From NCBI RefSeq assembly GCF_037042905.1, contig NC_087251.1, positions 5,582,001 to 5,646,000 on the forward strand: a DNA stretch of 64,000 nucleotides. The letters run 5' to 3'. Shown here in pieces: positions 1 through 12,929 of the stretch (position 1 is its first letter; each line of letters starts with the position of its first letter). Position numbers and translations under genes: made by a program. The notes beneath the pieces were generated by a model that had not been told where the DNA came from, ran no database searches, and saw nothing but the letters and a program-made list of their open reading frames with translations. Source of the DNA: Lytechinus pictus. Lineage: Eukaryota.

Positions 1-17
1 ATTAGGTGATTACTCAC

Positions 18-241
18 AAACTCGATGAGTTCATATAGCAGCATTCGAATGAAGACTTCTACGGGCTTCCTGTGGTCACGGATAGGTCTCACAGAAACAT
101 CGCAATATTGATCTTTCAGTTTCCATACGAGTGCCTTGGTAGAATTGTCTCTCATATGATCTGGGTTGTAACCAAAGGTTGTAACATGATTATGGACATG
201 GCATTGACGTTTAAATTCGATTGTAATCTTTTGCACAGTTA
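18..241 (-). CDS. nAChR paralog B exon 2 (...STKALVWKLKDQYCDVSVRPIRDHRKPVEVFIRMLLYELIEF); gene continues beyond the left edge
   Basis: Open frame clearly homologous to gene A exon 2, with a GTGAGT donor at the same codon. Acceptor is either before 241 (AAG) or before 160 (CAG); both are phase 1. Confidence 0.85.
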
Positions 242-981
242 CTTGATAAAATAACAAATCAAACTAAATCAAATTGAAACTATTTTACCATGGTGTGGGG
301 GTGTGGGTGCGTGTGTATGTTAGGGTTTGTGGGAGAGAGTGTATGTGTTTATGTACTTATTTAAATATTTAATTGGTCAATTGGTCTACAAGACGAAGGG
401 GGATATATTAGGGACGATGGAAAAGGTGTCCTTGCATGGAGGGGGAAAATCATGCCAACTTTGAGGGGTTTTATGTTTTGTTTGTTTGTACAAAGGTACA
501 GTGGTATACAATTTGATATGTTATATCCATTGATGATTTTATGATTTATTGTATATTCAAATTCAAATTTATTTATTTCACTTCCATCAAACAAAAACAA
601 ATTGTATACCATATATAAACATAAATATTTGTATCCGTTGCAAAAAAAAATATATATATAATTTGCTGTCTTCAAGAAAAAGAAAAAAATATTTTAAAAA
701 TATTTATTTTTTGAGGATATTGGCTCGCAGACCAATGGAGATATGAATATTTGCTTAATAATTCTCCTAATGCATGTGTTTATGTATTGAAAGAAAGAAA
801 AAAAAATTGGAATCTCATCATTTCATCGTGAAATCAGGAGAGGTATGTATCGCCTAGCTTATCCATCAGGTCAGAATATTTTTATGTAACTCACTTAATA
901 GCTTTTTGGCAAAAAGAAGCTGCTGAAAACTGCTTATCTAATAAAAGAGAGCCAATGGAGTAAATTAGAAAGTCAAAAGCG

Positions 982-1020
982 GCCTAAGCTTTCGATCCTA
1001 GCAGAATCTTCGTCGGAGGC
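982..1020 (-). ncRNA. Minimal type I hammerhead ribozyme motif (U4C variant) in a Penelope-like pLTR fragment
   Basis: Minus strand reads GCCT-CCGACGAA-GATTCT-GCT-AGGATC-GAA-AGCT-T-AGGC; stems I and II pair, stem III is palindromic. Confidence 0.65.
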
Positions 1021-1472
1021 AAAATGAAAAAAAATGGTTAATAGCTTTTTATCAACATATTTTAAAGGCCTTTTCCAGTAGTTGGAAATAGTTCGCAGTC
1101 AATAACAGGTTTGCTAAAATGGGCGATAACCAAAACGCGACTTATGCCAGAAGAGAAAAATGACGACAAAAAGGCCAATATAAAGCTGGAAACATTAGTA
1201 TTCATCGAGGAGAGAGGTATAATTGATATCCAATTCTCAACGCAGCTCAACGTGTCAAAGAGTTTGTCACCATGGATAATGATAATGTATTCTCGATTGA
1301 ATTGACTTATCAAAGAAATCACGACACCGAAATATTTTTAATGAATTTCAAGGATAAGTGAAATTTATGAATAAGTAAAAATAAAATATAAAAAGAGATA
1401 ACCAACTAAATTTGGCATTTTATGTTTTTATTTCTTTTGATTTGTTGTATTGGAAATAATACGTAAGCCTAT

Positions 1473-1507
<35 letters not shown>

Positions 1508-2362
1508 CCGTTTTTGCAGTAGATGAATATGACTAAAGCTAGGTGACATCAATGGCAATATCGAAAATTTCACAATGTCTAGACTTTAACGTTGATTTAA
1601 GTTAACAGAAAAAATCAATTTAACATTTTAAGATATGATTTGTGAGCACATTTTATTAATTATGATTTTATATAATCATGAGGCTCATAACACCATAAAG
1701 GGGCTAATATATACTCGAATAAAAAAAATGTTTTATAAAAGTTGGGTTTGCCATTAATCATGTTAATGAGGTAAACACATAATACAAAATTATGTATTGG
1801 TGTCACAGTCGCTTTCAGAGTCATATCTATTGTAAGAAAGGTTTTAGTTACATACACCAAGTTAGAAGCATGTTGTGTTTTTAACCTTGCAAGGGTGTTG
1901 GCTGGGCGTGCACCCTCCCACGGAGCAGATGAGTTCCGTCACTTGCAATACTTTAGTTCCACCTCTCCGGGATGTGCACCCCTCATGCTCAAACCAGCCT
2001 ACGCCCTTGCCTTGCACGGTTTTTTTTTTTTTTTTTTTATTTGATCATTAAGTTGGGATGGGTGACAAAACAGTCCACCTTGGAAGTATAAAATAGTCCC
2101 CTCCCTTTTTGTCATGAAAATAAATCATCGCCACTGTTTGAATCTGACATTATTATGTAATTCAGAATAGGCCTACTCACTGTCTTGCGTATTTTTTTTT
2201 CAGAATAGTGTCACTTTTCTCTGCATGGTCTTTGTTCACCATTCATAATTCATAGTTAGTCGTTAAAACATATCTGCAGTGAGTTATTAGCTTGAATTTT
2301 CAATTGTACATTATTTGTGAACTTGTCTATTGAAGACCAAATTGATACATTATATATTCTAA

Positions 2363-3596
2363 AGCCCCAGTCACATATAGATCCCGGACCACCCCGGACC
2401 ATCCCGGATCTGATCCGGGGAGAGATCCGTGTTGGCGCCTTGGGCATCCTTGGAGGTCCGGGGTGGTCCGTGTTGGTCCTTGAACGTCCGGAAGGCCAAC
2501 ACGGCAGTTTTTGACTGTCAAAAACATCCGGCGTCATCCGTGGACTGCCGGGTTGGCAAAGCCATCCGGGATGGTCCGTGTAGGTCCGTGTGGCTGCCGT
2601 GTTGGTCCGTGTAGCTGCCGTGTAGGTCCGTGTGGCTGCCGTGTAGGTCCGTGTGGCTGCCTGGAGTATCCTTGGCAGTCCGTGTTCTTTTTTCCCATAA
2701 AATCTTTACAACGCTATTTACGTTATGAACTTTTCAGGAGTTGTTAAACAGTTGACACAAACATGCTTAATTTATTTATGATTAAATGGATGATTTAACG
2801 ATTCAGGATATTTTCTTACGCTTTGGAGATTGGCCCCAACCTAATATTTGTAAACTTAGTGCATGTATCAATATTTTTTTTTCTTTCATATTTACCCCAA
2901 CTTTGTCTGTTATTACCATTTCACATTTCCTTTTCTTAAAATAAATGTTATGTACCTGTTACATCAAAATTGTACATTAAGTTTTATACCACTGCCCTGC
3001 ATCGACAGTTATGCGTCATGACCTGGGCCTATCTTAATTTGTATTATGTTTTCTATTGACTTTGTAAATTTCTTTCCTTTACTGTGATTTCAATAAAGTG
3101 ATATCAAATCAAATCGAAATAAAATTTGTCGTTCAATATTTAAAGTACTTAACAACTACTGTTAAAACAGTAAACTGCGTTGTATAAAAAACAGCGTTTT
3201 TACTGGTTGAGGAAGTTTTAAGTTTTGATATCTTTTTTAAAAACAACATAATATAATGTTGCGACAAGGATGAGAAAAAATAAATAAATATCAGCTCATT
3301 ATTATGAGCAGATTTTCATTTGCCATGCTGGTCAATATAGCTGCCGTGTTGGTCCTTGAGCTGACGTGTTGGTCCTTGTAGCTGACGTGTTGGTCCGTGT
3401 TGGTGACGTGTAGGTCCGTGTTGACGACGTGCTCTGCCGGCATGATCCGTGTAGATCCGTGTGAAGATGCCGTGTAGATGCCGTGTTTACAGTCATCAAC
3501 GCTTAATCCGGGGCAAAACGATCCCGGACCTCCCCGGATCATGCCGGCGTTGCCGTGTTGATCCGTGAGGATCCGTGTCTTTATGTGACTGGGGCT
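2363..3596. mobile_element. Non-autonomous PIF/Harbinger-type DNA transposon
   Basis: TIR AGCCCCAGTCACATA...TATGTGACTGGGGCT, TAA on both sides, GC-rich ~21-bp subterminal repeats (GTAGGTCCGTGTGGCTGCCGT). Confidence 0.8.
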
Positions 3597-4344
3597 TAAG
3601 AAGACGGTGTGTGGAGCCGTGTTATGTGCAAACTCTGGGATATGTACAAACAACGGTGTACAGTATGTGCAAAATTTCGGCGGGATTTGTGCAAACAACG
3701 GAATTTGTGCAAACGCCACGCCGGGAAATGTGCAAATCTGTCAAAATTTATCAACAGCATCTGTGCAAACGTGACGACGGGATATGTGCAAATGAACAAT
3801 TTTTCACGGGAAATGGGCAAACCTCCGGGATATGTGCAAATCACTGTTTGTACCAATATTAAGGCTATTTCTCATGAAATGTTTCATAACATTACTGTTA
3901 AAATGAGAAACATGCCTTCAAGGGAGAAGCAACAGTGCCATCGGCAATGAAACGCTTTTCAGAGAGGCGGGGGGGGGGGGGGCACCGTGAGACTAAAATT
4001 TAAGGGACACTCAATTTTGAACACTGCCTGAGGCACTTTCAAGGCAAATGGGGCACAAGAGTATTTTTTTTGTCATTCGGGCGAGAGATGTTATACCCAC
4101 AATGTTATAACACGTATAACACATTACACACAAAAGATCGCCGGCAAATGTAATAACTCTCTTACCCACAAATGTACTCCAGACACACCATTGTGTGGAC
4201 TGGATACATTTATATATATATATATATATATATAAATGTATAAATATATATATATATAACTATATATATATATATAGACATATACAAATTAAATTGAAAT
4301 GTATCAAGTTCAGGGAAAGTGCTCGATGTTTCAACTGAAGCAGA

Positions 4345-4640
4345 GCGTGGGCAATAATGAAAAAATCCAACTTGGCTATGCGGGGAAGTGGATTCTGCAA
4401 CCTATGCTTAGACGAAAAACTCATTATCGCAACTCACAAGAAAAACTCACTCAACCGAAGGTCCGAACTAATCAGTACATGCCGTCACAAAAGAAGAAAC
4501 AAAGAACCGCCGGACCATGATATCCATTGCCCCAACCGAGGGCCACCACAAAATCCAACTAGCTTCAGTGTCCTGATGGCTGATGAGCCGAGGCGCGAAA
4601 CCATTGGTAGATCAGAGGTGAGGACAATTAATATATAGAC
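4345..4640 (+). mobile_element. Penelope-like retroelement 3' fragment (GIY-YIG C-terminus plus pLTR with hammerhead-like motif)
   Basis: WAIMKK..CNLCLDEKLII..LNRRSELISTCRH motif; CTGATGA..GAAA core at 4580-4600; (TA)n on both sides. Confidence 0.75.
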
Positions 4641-4653
4641 ATATATATATATA

Positions 4654-5566
4654 CAGCGCGTCCCCCAAAAAATATCCCTCTGATACGAGGCTGAATTACT
4701 TCCAAACTTGAAAATTATTCTCAATTAAATGTGTGGATATAGGAAGCTCATCTCATGTTGTAACTTCTATAAAAATTTATTTGGTCTCGCTTCAGTGGTT
4801 TTGAATACACAGTCTATTATGTAACAATGGCGCTTTTCAGCCTATTCCAAGTTTACGTGCATGCAGCACTGCTGTATGTTCTGCACTTTCGAGCATTATC
4901 AACTCCCACTGATCATTCTGACCAGGGAATTCCCTGATCTGACCAGGGAAATCTCCATGATCTAACCAGGCTCATCAAATCACAACATTGAGCATGTTCA
5001 AAAGGGGAAAAAAAAACATTTGACAGTTCATTTCATGTTTGATAATGAGAGATGCACAATGATGGAGACAACAGGTCATGTCTGTTTCATGCTTACTTCA
5101 AAGAATATTGCATTTCTGTTTTCATTACATTTTTTTTACTTAATAAGCTACTGAGGTCAAGTTAATTCAATGTACCCTTTTAAATGAACAAAAAATCAAT
5201 TTGTTTCACGGGTAAAGTTCCCTTACGCAAAATGTAACTTGTAGATTCCCCTTCATTGTTCACCTTATTTTACTCATCCATCATTCACAATTTCTTTCAA
5301 GTTGGTGCACTGATTCCCCTTAATCATGTTAATCATCAAACAAACTTCATTTTTTAAGTTTCTTGTCCTAAACATGCCCAAGATAATGATTTGAAGAGTC
5401 TCGATAGGATTAGGGAAGTGTCCATGCTCAGATCCTGGATGTAAAACTGGGTGTTCACATGCCATAGACAATGAAGAAATACATCAATGCTGCAAACTTG
5501 GAATGGGCTAAAATGCATCACTGTTACGTAACAAAGTGTGTATTCAAAACCACTGAAGCGAGACCG
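4654..5566. mobile_element. Tc1/mariner-type MITE with truncated right arm
   Basis: TA-CAG start; GGTCTCGCTTCAGTGGTTTTGAATACAC (~4783) is inverted at ~5538-5566. Confidence 0.55.
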
Positions 5567-5647
5567 AAAGCTTGTGAATAAACTTGAACTGAACCCCGGC
5601 TACGTTTCATTGCTTTATTCTCGCTGTATCTACATATAGCATCCTCT

Positions 5648-5688
<41 letters not shown>

Positions 5689-6327
5689 TATCACTTTATT
5701 TCAATATTCATAAAGGATCAGATGACATATAAAATCAAATAATTACATAGTAGTTTACAAACACAATGAACAAAGGAAATAAAAGTAGCCCATGCGGGTC
5801 CTGGCTTATTACTGCCGAGGCAGGACATACAGTATAGAACATAATACAAGATAGAAAAGAGAACAGAACAATATATTATATATAGCAAAGATCTTGGTTG
5901 CGATTAATCTCGTTATAAATTATTACATTCTGTAGTCAAAATAAATAAATCATGTAAACATATGAACAAGCGAGTTACTCTATATAGTTATTAATTTTAT
6001 CATCGTCGTCATTAATATTGTTTATTTGTATAACTGCTTTTATTGATATTTTACTATATTATTATTATTGTTAATATTATTGTTTTATTTTCATTTTGTT
6101 ATTATCATATTGTTGTCATTATTATTATATCTATTATGAATATTATCATCATTGTCAGAAGTATAATTATTAATAACAATACTTTAATACTATTATTATT
6201 GTCATCAACATTCAACGTGATACTCATTATTTATTTTTTAACGTAATCAGTATTACCACTAATGTAGAGAAGTTGCCAGCTTTCATCATGGTCCAAATTT
6301 CTATTAACTTAATTGCTGTTATATGAA

Positions 6328-6370
<43 letters not shown>

Positions 6371-6415
6371 ATGAGATGAGGCCAACTCAAAAGATGACGC
6401 AGGACACCATTCTTA

Positions 6416-6453
6416 GCTTTAGCTTTCGTCTTTATTAAGACTTCGTCAGAAGC
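6416..6453 (-). ncRNA. Minimal type I hammerhead ribozyme (inverted copy, sense to host nAChR pre-mRNA)
   Basis: Exact reverse complement of 6571-6608. Confidence 0.8.
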
Positions 6454-6570
6454 GTCTGAAAAATATAAGGAGATACAACATCCAAGTTTGTCTTGCACAT
6501 AAATGATTGATGATAATTCATTGATGTGCAAGACAAACTTGGATGTTGTATCTCCTTATATTTTTCAGAC

Positions 6571-6608
6571 GCTTCTGACGAAGTCTTAATAAAGACGAAA
6601 GCTAAAGC
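6571..6608 (+). ncRNA. Minimal type I hammerhead ribozyme
   Basis: GCTT-CTGACGAA-GTCTT-AATA-AAGAC-GAA-AGCT-A-AAGC; intact core, predicted cleavage after 6604. Confidence 0.8.
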
Positions 6609-6706
6609 TAAGAATGGTGTCCTGCGTCATCTTTTGAGTTGGCCTCATCTCATGTTTCATACTCACATTTCAAGAGCGTTTGGTACAAGTAAACTTGTCA
6701 TCACAT

Positions 6707-6744
<38 letters not shown>

Positions 6745-6745
<1 letters not shown>

Positions 6746-8620
6746 TGGTCTTTACCCAAGACCCGGTTATTTCAAAACTTTAAAAAAATCTTAAAAACTA
6801 AGACCCACTATCGTTTGGAATAACATGGATATAGAGTGTAGTCTTGTAATACTCCAGACCCGGTCATTTAACAATTTGAAGATCCTTCTAAACTAAGATC
6901 CTGTACTAAAGCATATGTAAAGAGCATATTAAAAAAAAAGTAAAAACTGCAACACCTCACCGTCTACCAAATTAAGACCCCGTAAAAATGAATATAGAAT
7001 GTAGTCTTTACCCCAGACCCTGTTATATCAACAATAGCAAAAAATCAAATTTAAGACCCCACCGTCTCATTCCTGTGGAATAAGATGAGTATAAAGTGTA
7101 GTCTTTTACTCCAGACCGGGTGATTAAACAAATTCAAAATTATTAAAGGGGAATCCAGCCTTTGCCATAAAATGTTGTGTTGGGAAGGAGAAAAATAAAT
7201 TAAAAAGAATGGCGAAAGTTTGAAAGAAATCGGACAAGGAATAGGAAAGTTATAGCTGCTTTTAAATTGAGATCACTAATAGTATGTAGATTTCAAATTG
7301 GCAACTGGGTAAGTAAATTATGACAAGGGGCAAGGACAACTTTCCCATAGGCCATGTACTTTATTATCAGGGATTTGTGGTTTTCTCCTAAGTACCCATT
7401 CCCCTGGGGCAGTAATCTAAATATAATCCAGGTAGTATATTGTTTTAAGTCCTTATAAAAGAAAAATATAATTTGAAATAAAACTTTTTGGGAAAATGAC
7501 ATTTTAGCCACAATATGTATTGGAGTACATGGAAGAGTAGTCCTTGCCTTACATCACTATGACATCCCATATGCGGCCAATTTGAAGTCTCCATGGGTAT
7601 AGTGATTACCAATATTTACAACTTTTAAAAAATCATAACTTTCTTGTTGTTTGTCCAATATTGTTCAAACTTTCACCTATCAACTTGTCTGATTTTTCTT
7701 TTTCTTATAAAAACAAGTTTTTATTTGGGTTGGATTCCCCTTTAAAGCCCCGCCATCTTCCACTACTAAGACTCTGTAATAAAGAACGTGTATATAACGT
7801 ATTCTCAATTCTCCAGACCCGTTTATTTGAACAAATCTTCAAGACCCCACAGTCTCATTTCTGTGAAAAAAAATGGATATACAGTGCAGTCTTTACTCCA
7901 GACCGGTGAGTAAAAAACCTTCAAAATTAAGACCCCAAACTAAGACTCTGTTATAAAGCGGGGGGTGGTTCTTATTTTTATTTGGCAACCAGTCAATTTG
8001 ACTATTTTCGCCATCATAAGGGTGCATAACGTAGTCTTTACTCCAGACCCGTTTAAAAAAAGTACGTTATAATCTTTAAAAATAAGACCCTGTAATAAAG
8101 CATGGATATAAGAGCATAGTCTTTACCCCATACGCTGTTATATAAAAAAATTAGGAGATCTTCAATTTGAAGACCCCACCGTCTCATCCCTGTGAAAAAA
8201 ATATAGAGTGTAGTCTTTACTCCAAACCTGGTGATTAAAAAAAACTTCCATACTAAGACCCCATCATCTTCCGAACTAAAAGTTTATAATAAAGCACGGG
8301 TGTATAGCATAGCCTTTACTCCATACCCATTTATTAAAAAAATACACTGTACACTGTATACCCACTGTATAATTACACTGTATACCCATGTGCTACATTG
8401 CAGGGTCTTAGAATTGAAGATGACGGGATTGAAGTTTCGAATATTCTTGATTTTTTTTTCAAATGACTGGGTCTGGTGAAAAGAATACACTCTATATCCA
8501 TATGCTTGATTACATGGCAATGGTTTAGAAGATGGTGAGGTCTAAGTTTTAAAGTTTATTTCCCTTTCTTAACCACCGGGTCTTGTGTAAAGACTACGCT
8601 TTAATCTAGCTCAGGTATAG
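6745..8620. repeat. Degenerate tandem array (GTAGTCTTTACTCCAGACCC / AAGACCCC units) with an inverted distal arm; foldback-like
   Basis: Motifs recur from 6745 to 8330; reverse-complement units at ~8400-8620. Confidence 0.6.
7147..7741. mobile_element. TTAA-target MITE (Kolobok/piggyBac-type)
   Basis: TTAA|AGGGGAATCC...GGATTCCCCT|TTAA. Confidence 0.85.
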
Positions 8621-8889
8621 CGTTAATCCTGTTGCTTGGAAGAGTATATGGCCAAGAGTATAAAAAAAGTAGACTAATAACATTAATATTGTATGGTACG
8701 GTCGCATTGGGTCTGGAAAAGGAGACTGCCAGCATTCGTTTCGTATGGATTTGTCACAAATTAAAGGGTCTAAAAAGTAGACTAGCACCCTTTGTCTCAT
8801 ACGGAATGATCCACTAGGTCTGAGAAAATAGATAAACATTCATTCATACCTAATAGACACATTTTAAGGACAATGCCATATATTAAACA

Positions 8890-10380
8890 GATATGTATCT
8901 CACTGATGAAATAGTGCGAGCGCGAAGTGCGAGCTTAAATTTTGTTATATTCCGACCTAAAAATGGACATTATAATCAACTTTTTGTAACCATGATACGT
9001 ATCTGTCTCGCTAAACAATGCGAGCGCAAAGCGCGAGCTGAAATTTTTGTATATATTGACCCCAAACAGGGAGATTTTAAGGACTATATTTAAGGAATTC
9101 ATTACATTTCTCACCACAGTCGGTTACACTTCGTAATTCCGAAGGTTCGTAATTCCGAAGGTTCTTTATTCCGAAGGTTCGTAATTCCGAAACACGTAAA
9201 TTGCCTATACCTCGATGTTCGTTAATCCGAAAACGTAAAAGGGTTCGTTAATCCGAACATTTGTGGCGTTATTCCGAAGGTTCGTTATTCCGAAGGTTCG
9301 ATAATCCGAAAACGAAATAAGGTTCGATGTTCCGAAGGTTCGTTAATCCGAAAACGAAATAAGGTTCGTTGTTCCGAAGGTTCGTTAATCCGAAAACGAA
9401 ATAAGGTTCGTTGTTCCGAAGGTTCGTTAGTCCGAAAACGAAATAAGGTTCGTTAATCATTTCGTTTTCGGACTAACGAACCTTAGGAATTACGAACCTC
9501 ATTTCGTTTTCGGATTAACGAACCTTCGGAATTACGAACCTCACTTCGTTTTCGGACTAACGAACCTTCGAAATTACGAACCTTCGGAAATACGAACCTT
9601 CGGAATAACGAACCTTCGGAATATCCGAACCTTCGGAATAACGAAGCTTCGGAATTACGAATGTATGCGAGAATTGCACATGAATCACTCGTAATCATTG
9701 TAATCATGATATTAACATACGCATTTTAATAATCAAATATTGCGAGCGCGAAGCGCAAGCTGAAACTTTAGGAAATTCAGACCTGAAAAGGGGCATTCTT
9801 AAGCTTGTTTGTAGTAATTCACTAAGACCGAGCGCGTAGCGCGAGCTAAAAATTTTTGATATTGAGATCAGAAAAAGGGACATTTTAAGGACTGATTCTA
9901 GGAACTCATGGAGAGCAGACATATCTCACCAATCCACTAATGCGAACATAAGCACGGACAAGAAATGTTTTGTATTAAGACCTAACATGTGGCAATCACT
10001 TTAAGTAGTCATGAAAAAGAAGCATAGATTCTATTATTGTACATAAAATAATAATAACTCGAAGTGCGAGGAAGTATATTGAAAACGGGAGGTTTTAGTA
10101 CAACAGGATTATATATCTCGTTAAAGTTTAACAGACAATGCGAGCACCAGGAACAATGAAGACATAGGCCCTAATCAAATTATGTTTCATAAAGTTATGA
10201 AAAAAATCTTTCTTATGTAATAGAACATAATTGTAATATAACTTTATAATGAACAATAATTTATTTTTCCCATTACGTTTCTCTTCCTCTCTCCCTCTTT
10301 TTCTCCTTTTCCACGTTTTTTTTTTGGTCAGCCGATGGGGGGACGTGCCCCATGCCCCCCCCCCCCCCCCCGTAGTTACA
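8890..10380. mobile_element. Remnant of hAT-like element with CGAGCGCGAAGCGCGAGC repeats
   Basis: Same motif as 45.6-47.4 kb in the opposite orientation; ends in a C-run followed by GTAGTTAC. Confidence 0.5.
9121..9669. mobile_element. Foldback element built from TCCGAAGGTTCG tandem repeats
   Basis: Left arm of TTCCGAAGGTTCG units, centre ~9458, right arm of reverse-complement units. Confidence 0.75.
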
Positions 10381-10549
10381 ACTTCTGATGAAATCTGGAA
10401 ATGATATCAACAGATCAAGTTCAATGTGTGGATCAGTGGAAATCATGCTTGCCTCCCCCACCCCCTTAATTAATTGCCCCATGCAGTGTTCAAAACAGTA
10501 CTGAATGTCCATGGTGCCACCCTGGCCTCTTTGAAAGACGTTTCATTGC

Positions 10550-10950
10550 CGGTGGTCAGAGGTAAAAATGGCAGAGGTAATAATGGCAGAGATAAAAATG
10601 GCAGAGGTAAAAATGGTAGAGGTAAAAATGGCAGAGGTAAAAATGGCAGAAGTAAAAATGGCAGAGGTAAAAATGGCAGGGGTAAAAATGGCAGAGGTAA
10701 AAATGGCAGAGGTAAAAATGGCAGATGTAAAAATGGCAGAGGTAATAATGGCAGAGGTAAAAATGGCAGAGGTAAAAATGGCAGAGGTAAAAATGGCAGA
10801 AGTAAAAATGGCAGAGGTAAAAATGGCAGGGGTAAAAATGGCAAAGGTAAAAATGGCAGAGGTAAAAATGGCAGATGTAAAAATGGCAGAGGTAATAATG
10901 GCAGAGGTAAAATGGCAGGGGTTATAATGGGAGAGGTAAAAATTACAGCT
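10550..10950 (+). repeat. 15-bp minisatellite (GGCAGAGGTAAAAAT)n
   Basis: ~25 near-perfect units. Confidence 0.95.
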
Positions 10951-11027
10951 CTTGGTAAAATATGGCCAGTCTTAAACCCCCATGCAATGAATTGTCAAAA
11001 AGCCCCCGCATGTACTACATACATTAA

Positions 11028-11630
11028 AGGTCAAGTCCACCCCAGAAAAATGTTGATTTGAATAAATAGAGAAAAATCAAACTAGCATAATGCTGAAAAT
11101 TTCATCAAAATCGGATGTAAAATAAGAAAGTTATGACATTTGAAAGTTTCGCTTATTTTTCACAAAACAGTGATATGCACAACTCAGTGACATGCAAATG
11201 AGACATACGATGATGTCCCTCACTCACTTTTTCTTTTGTTTTTTATTGTTTGAATTATACAATATTTCATTTTTTACAGATTTGACAAAAAGAACCAACT
11301 TGACTGAAGCATATAATATTAATCAATGGTAATTCCACATGTTCAGGGAGGAATTAATCGCTGTTTCACTTGACAATGAGGAAAAAATTAGAATATCTAA
11401 TATTTCATGTAATAAAATACAAAAGAAATAGTGAGTGGATGATATCGTCAGTCTCCTCATTTGCATATCAACCAGGATGTGAATATAACTGTTTTGTGAA
11501 ATTAAGCGAAACTTTAAAATGTCATAACTTTCTTGCTTTACATCCGATTTTGATGAAATTTTCAATGTTATGCTTGTTGGAATTTTCTTTTTTTATTCAA
11601 ATCAACTTTTTGTTGGGTTGGACTTGTCCT
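11028..11630. mobile_element. TTAA-target MITE (Kolobok-type)
   Basis: TTAA|AGGTCAAGTCCACCC...GGGTTGGACTTGTCCT|TTAA; long imperfect arms. Confidence 0.85.
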
Positions 11631-12929
11631 TTAAATAAGAAATGCATGTCACGGTTAGGCATTTCATCATCATTATGTCTTCATCGGCCTAACTATTTAC
11701 GAATTCGTTGGAGGTGTACCGTGAACGCTTTTTAAAAAGAAATCAAACGACAGACATTTTTTCATTCAATTTATCAGGAGCAAAATGAAACTGCACTATT
11801 CTCATTCATCATTTTATAACATTCCTTTTTGCCTGGCTGGTTTTTTATCTCTAAATTTTTGCCAGGTTTACCGATGCAAAAAGGAGGAAGAGTAGACATA
11901 AGAGAGATGGAGAGACAGAGAGGGTTCAGGGGCGGGGAAAAACATAGAGAACATAGCGGGGCAAGCTTAGACGTTGAAATTGTCACGAATGATTGTGGTT
12001 AAATATTATGTTCTTATTTGTAATGTCGTCTGTACTATTCTTTTTAAATATTTGAATGACAATAAGCATGCGTTCCCAGGCTTGGCACTGAATATGTTAC
12101 TGAATATGAAAATCAATAATAATCTTGTTTTGACTGGTAAACCAATTTGGGGTCGATCGAGGGGGACCGTCTTGTTCAGATTCTTTGCATAAAAGAAGAC
12201 CCTGAACCTTTACCACTGCATCCAATATGATATAAACGTCTTGATTGTCATTCCCCCTTGGAAGCGGAAGTGCTGTTGGGTATTTTGTACACTAAGCAGC
12301 ACCCTCTTGGTAATTAGCTTGGTATGCTTAAATGTAGAGATTTGATACAAATCTCTGCTATTTTTCAAACAGAAGAAAAAACATTGTTTATTATCTAATT
12401 GTTATTATTTTTATGGTAATTATTTTTCTGACCTAAAAGAACTTCATTTAGTTAAAATAATTTTTTTGTGTCATTTTCCCCCTTAACCAAATCCCCTTTC
12501 ATTTTGGAGTGCAAACTTTTTTTTCTCGGCTTTTTAACAAACCAGCACCCCATATCTCTTTCATTTTTGCCTCTGCCATCTTTACCTTTGCCATTTTCAA
12601 CTCCGCCATTTTTTACACTGTTCGAAAATTTCCACCTAAAAATCAAAAATTCCTGCAACAGAGTCTGGAGAACACCTGTAATCTTACTGCACTGTGTAAT
12701 CTTACATGCATTTGTGTTAAAAAATTTACTTTGTGCGTGTACCCTTACAAATTTATTGTAATAAAACTGTTTTCCCCTTTTTTTAAACATCTGTTCTGTA
12801 AAATTGTAGAAAAATTGTGGAAAATCCTCCTGTTATTATGATATACAAAATTATTTGTTTTTTTTTCTGTAAGACCTGTTTTTTATTTTTTCTTCTGTAG
12901 AATCTACTGTTTTTTCTAATAATGTACCT

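Larger units (their letters stand above)
6371..6653. mobile_element. Perfect 130-bp inverted repeat of a Penelope-like pLTR, embedded in (TA)n
   Basis: 6371-6500 is the reverse complement of 6524-6653; each arm carries a hammerhead. Confidence 0.85.

Noticed and set aside
1062..1322. 86-aa and 64-aa ORFs beside the first hammerhead
   Set aside because: No recognisable motif or supported splice context.
2256..2747. GC-rich overlapping ORFs (Cys/Pro repeats)
   Set aside because: Subterminal repeats of the Harbinger-type element.
9121..9669. CRISPR-like regular repeats
   Set aside because: No unique spacers; eukaryotic foldback tandem array.
10474..11061. 195-aa (GRGKN)n protamine-like ORF and related (MAEVK)n / (LPLPF)n ORFs
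   Set aside because: Translation artefacts of the 15-bp minisatellite, which is open in several frames and also present as an inverted copy.
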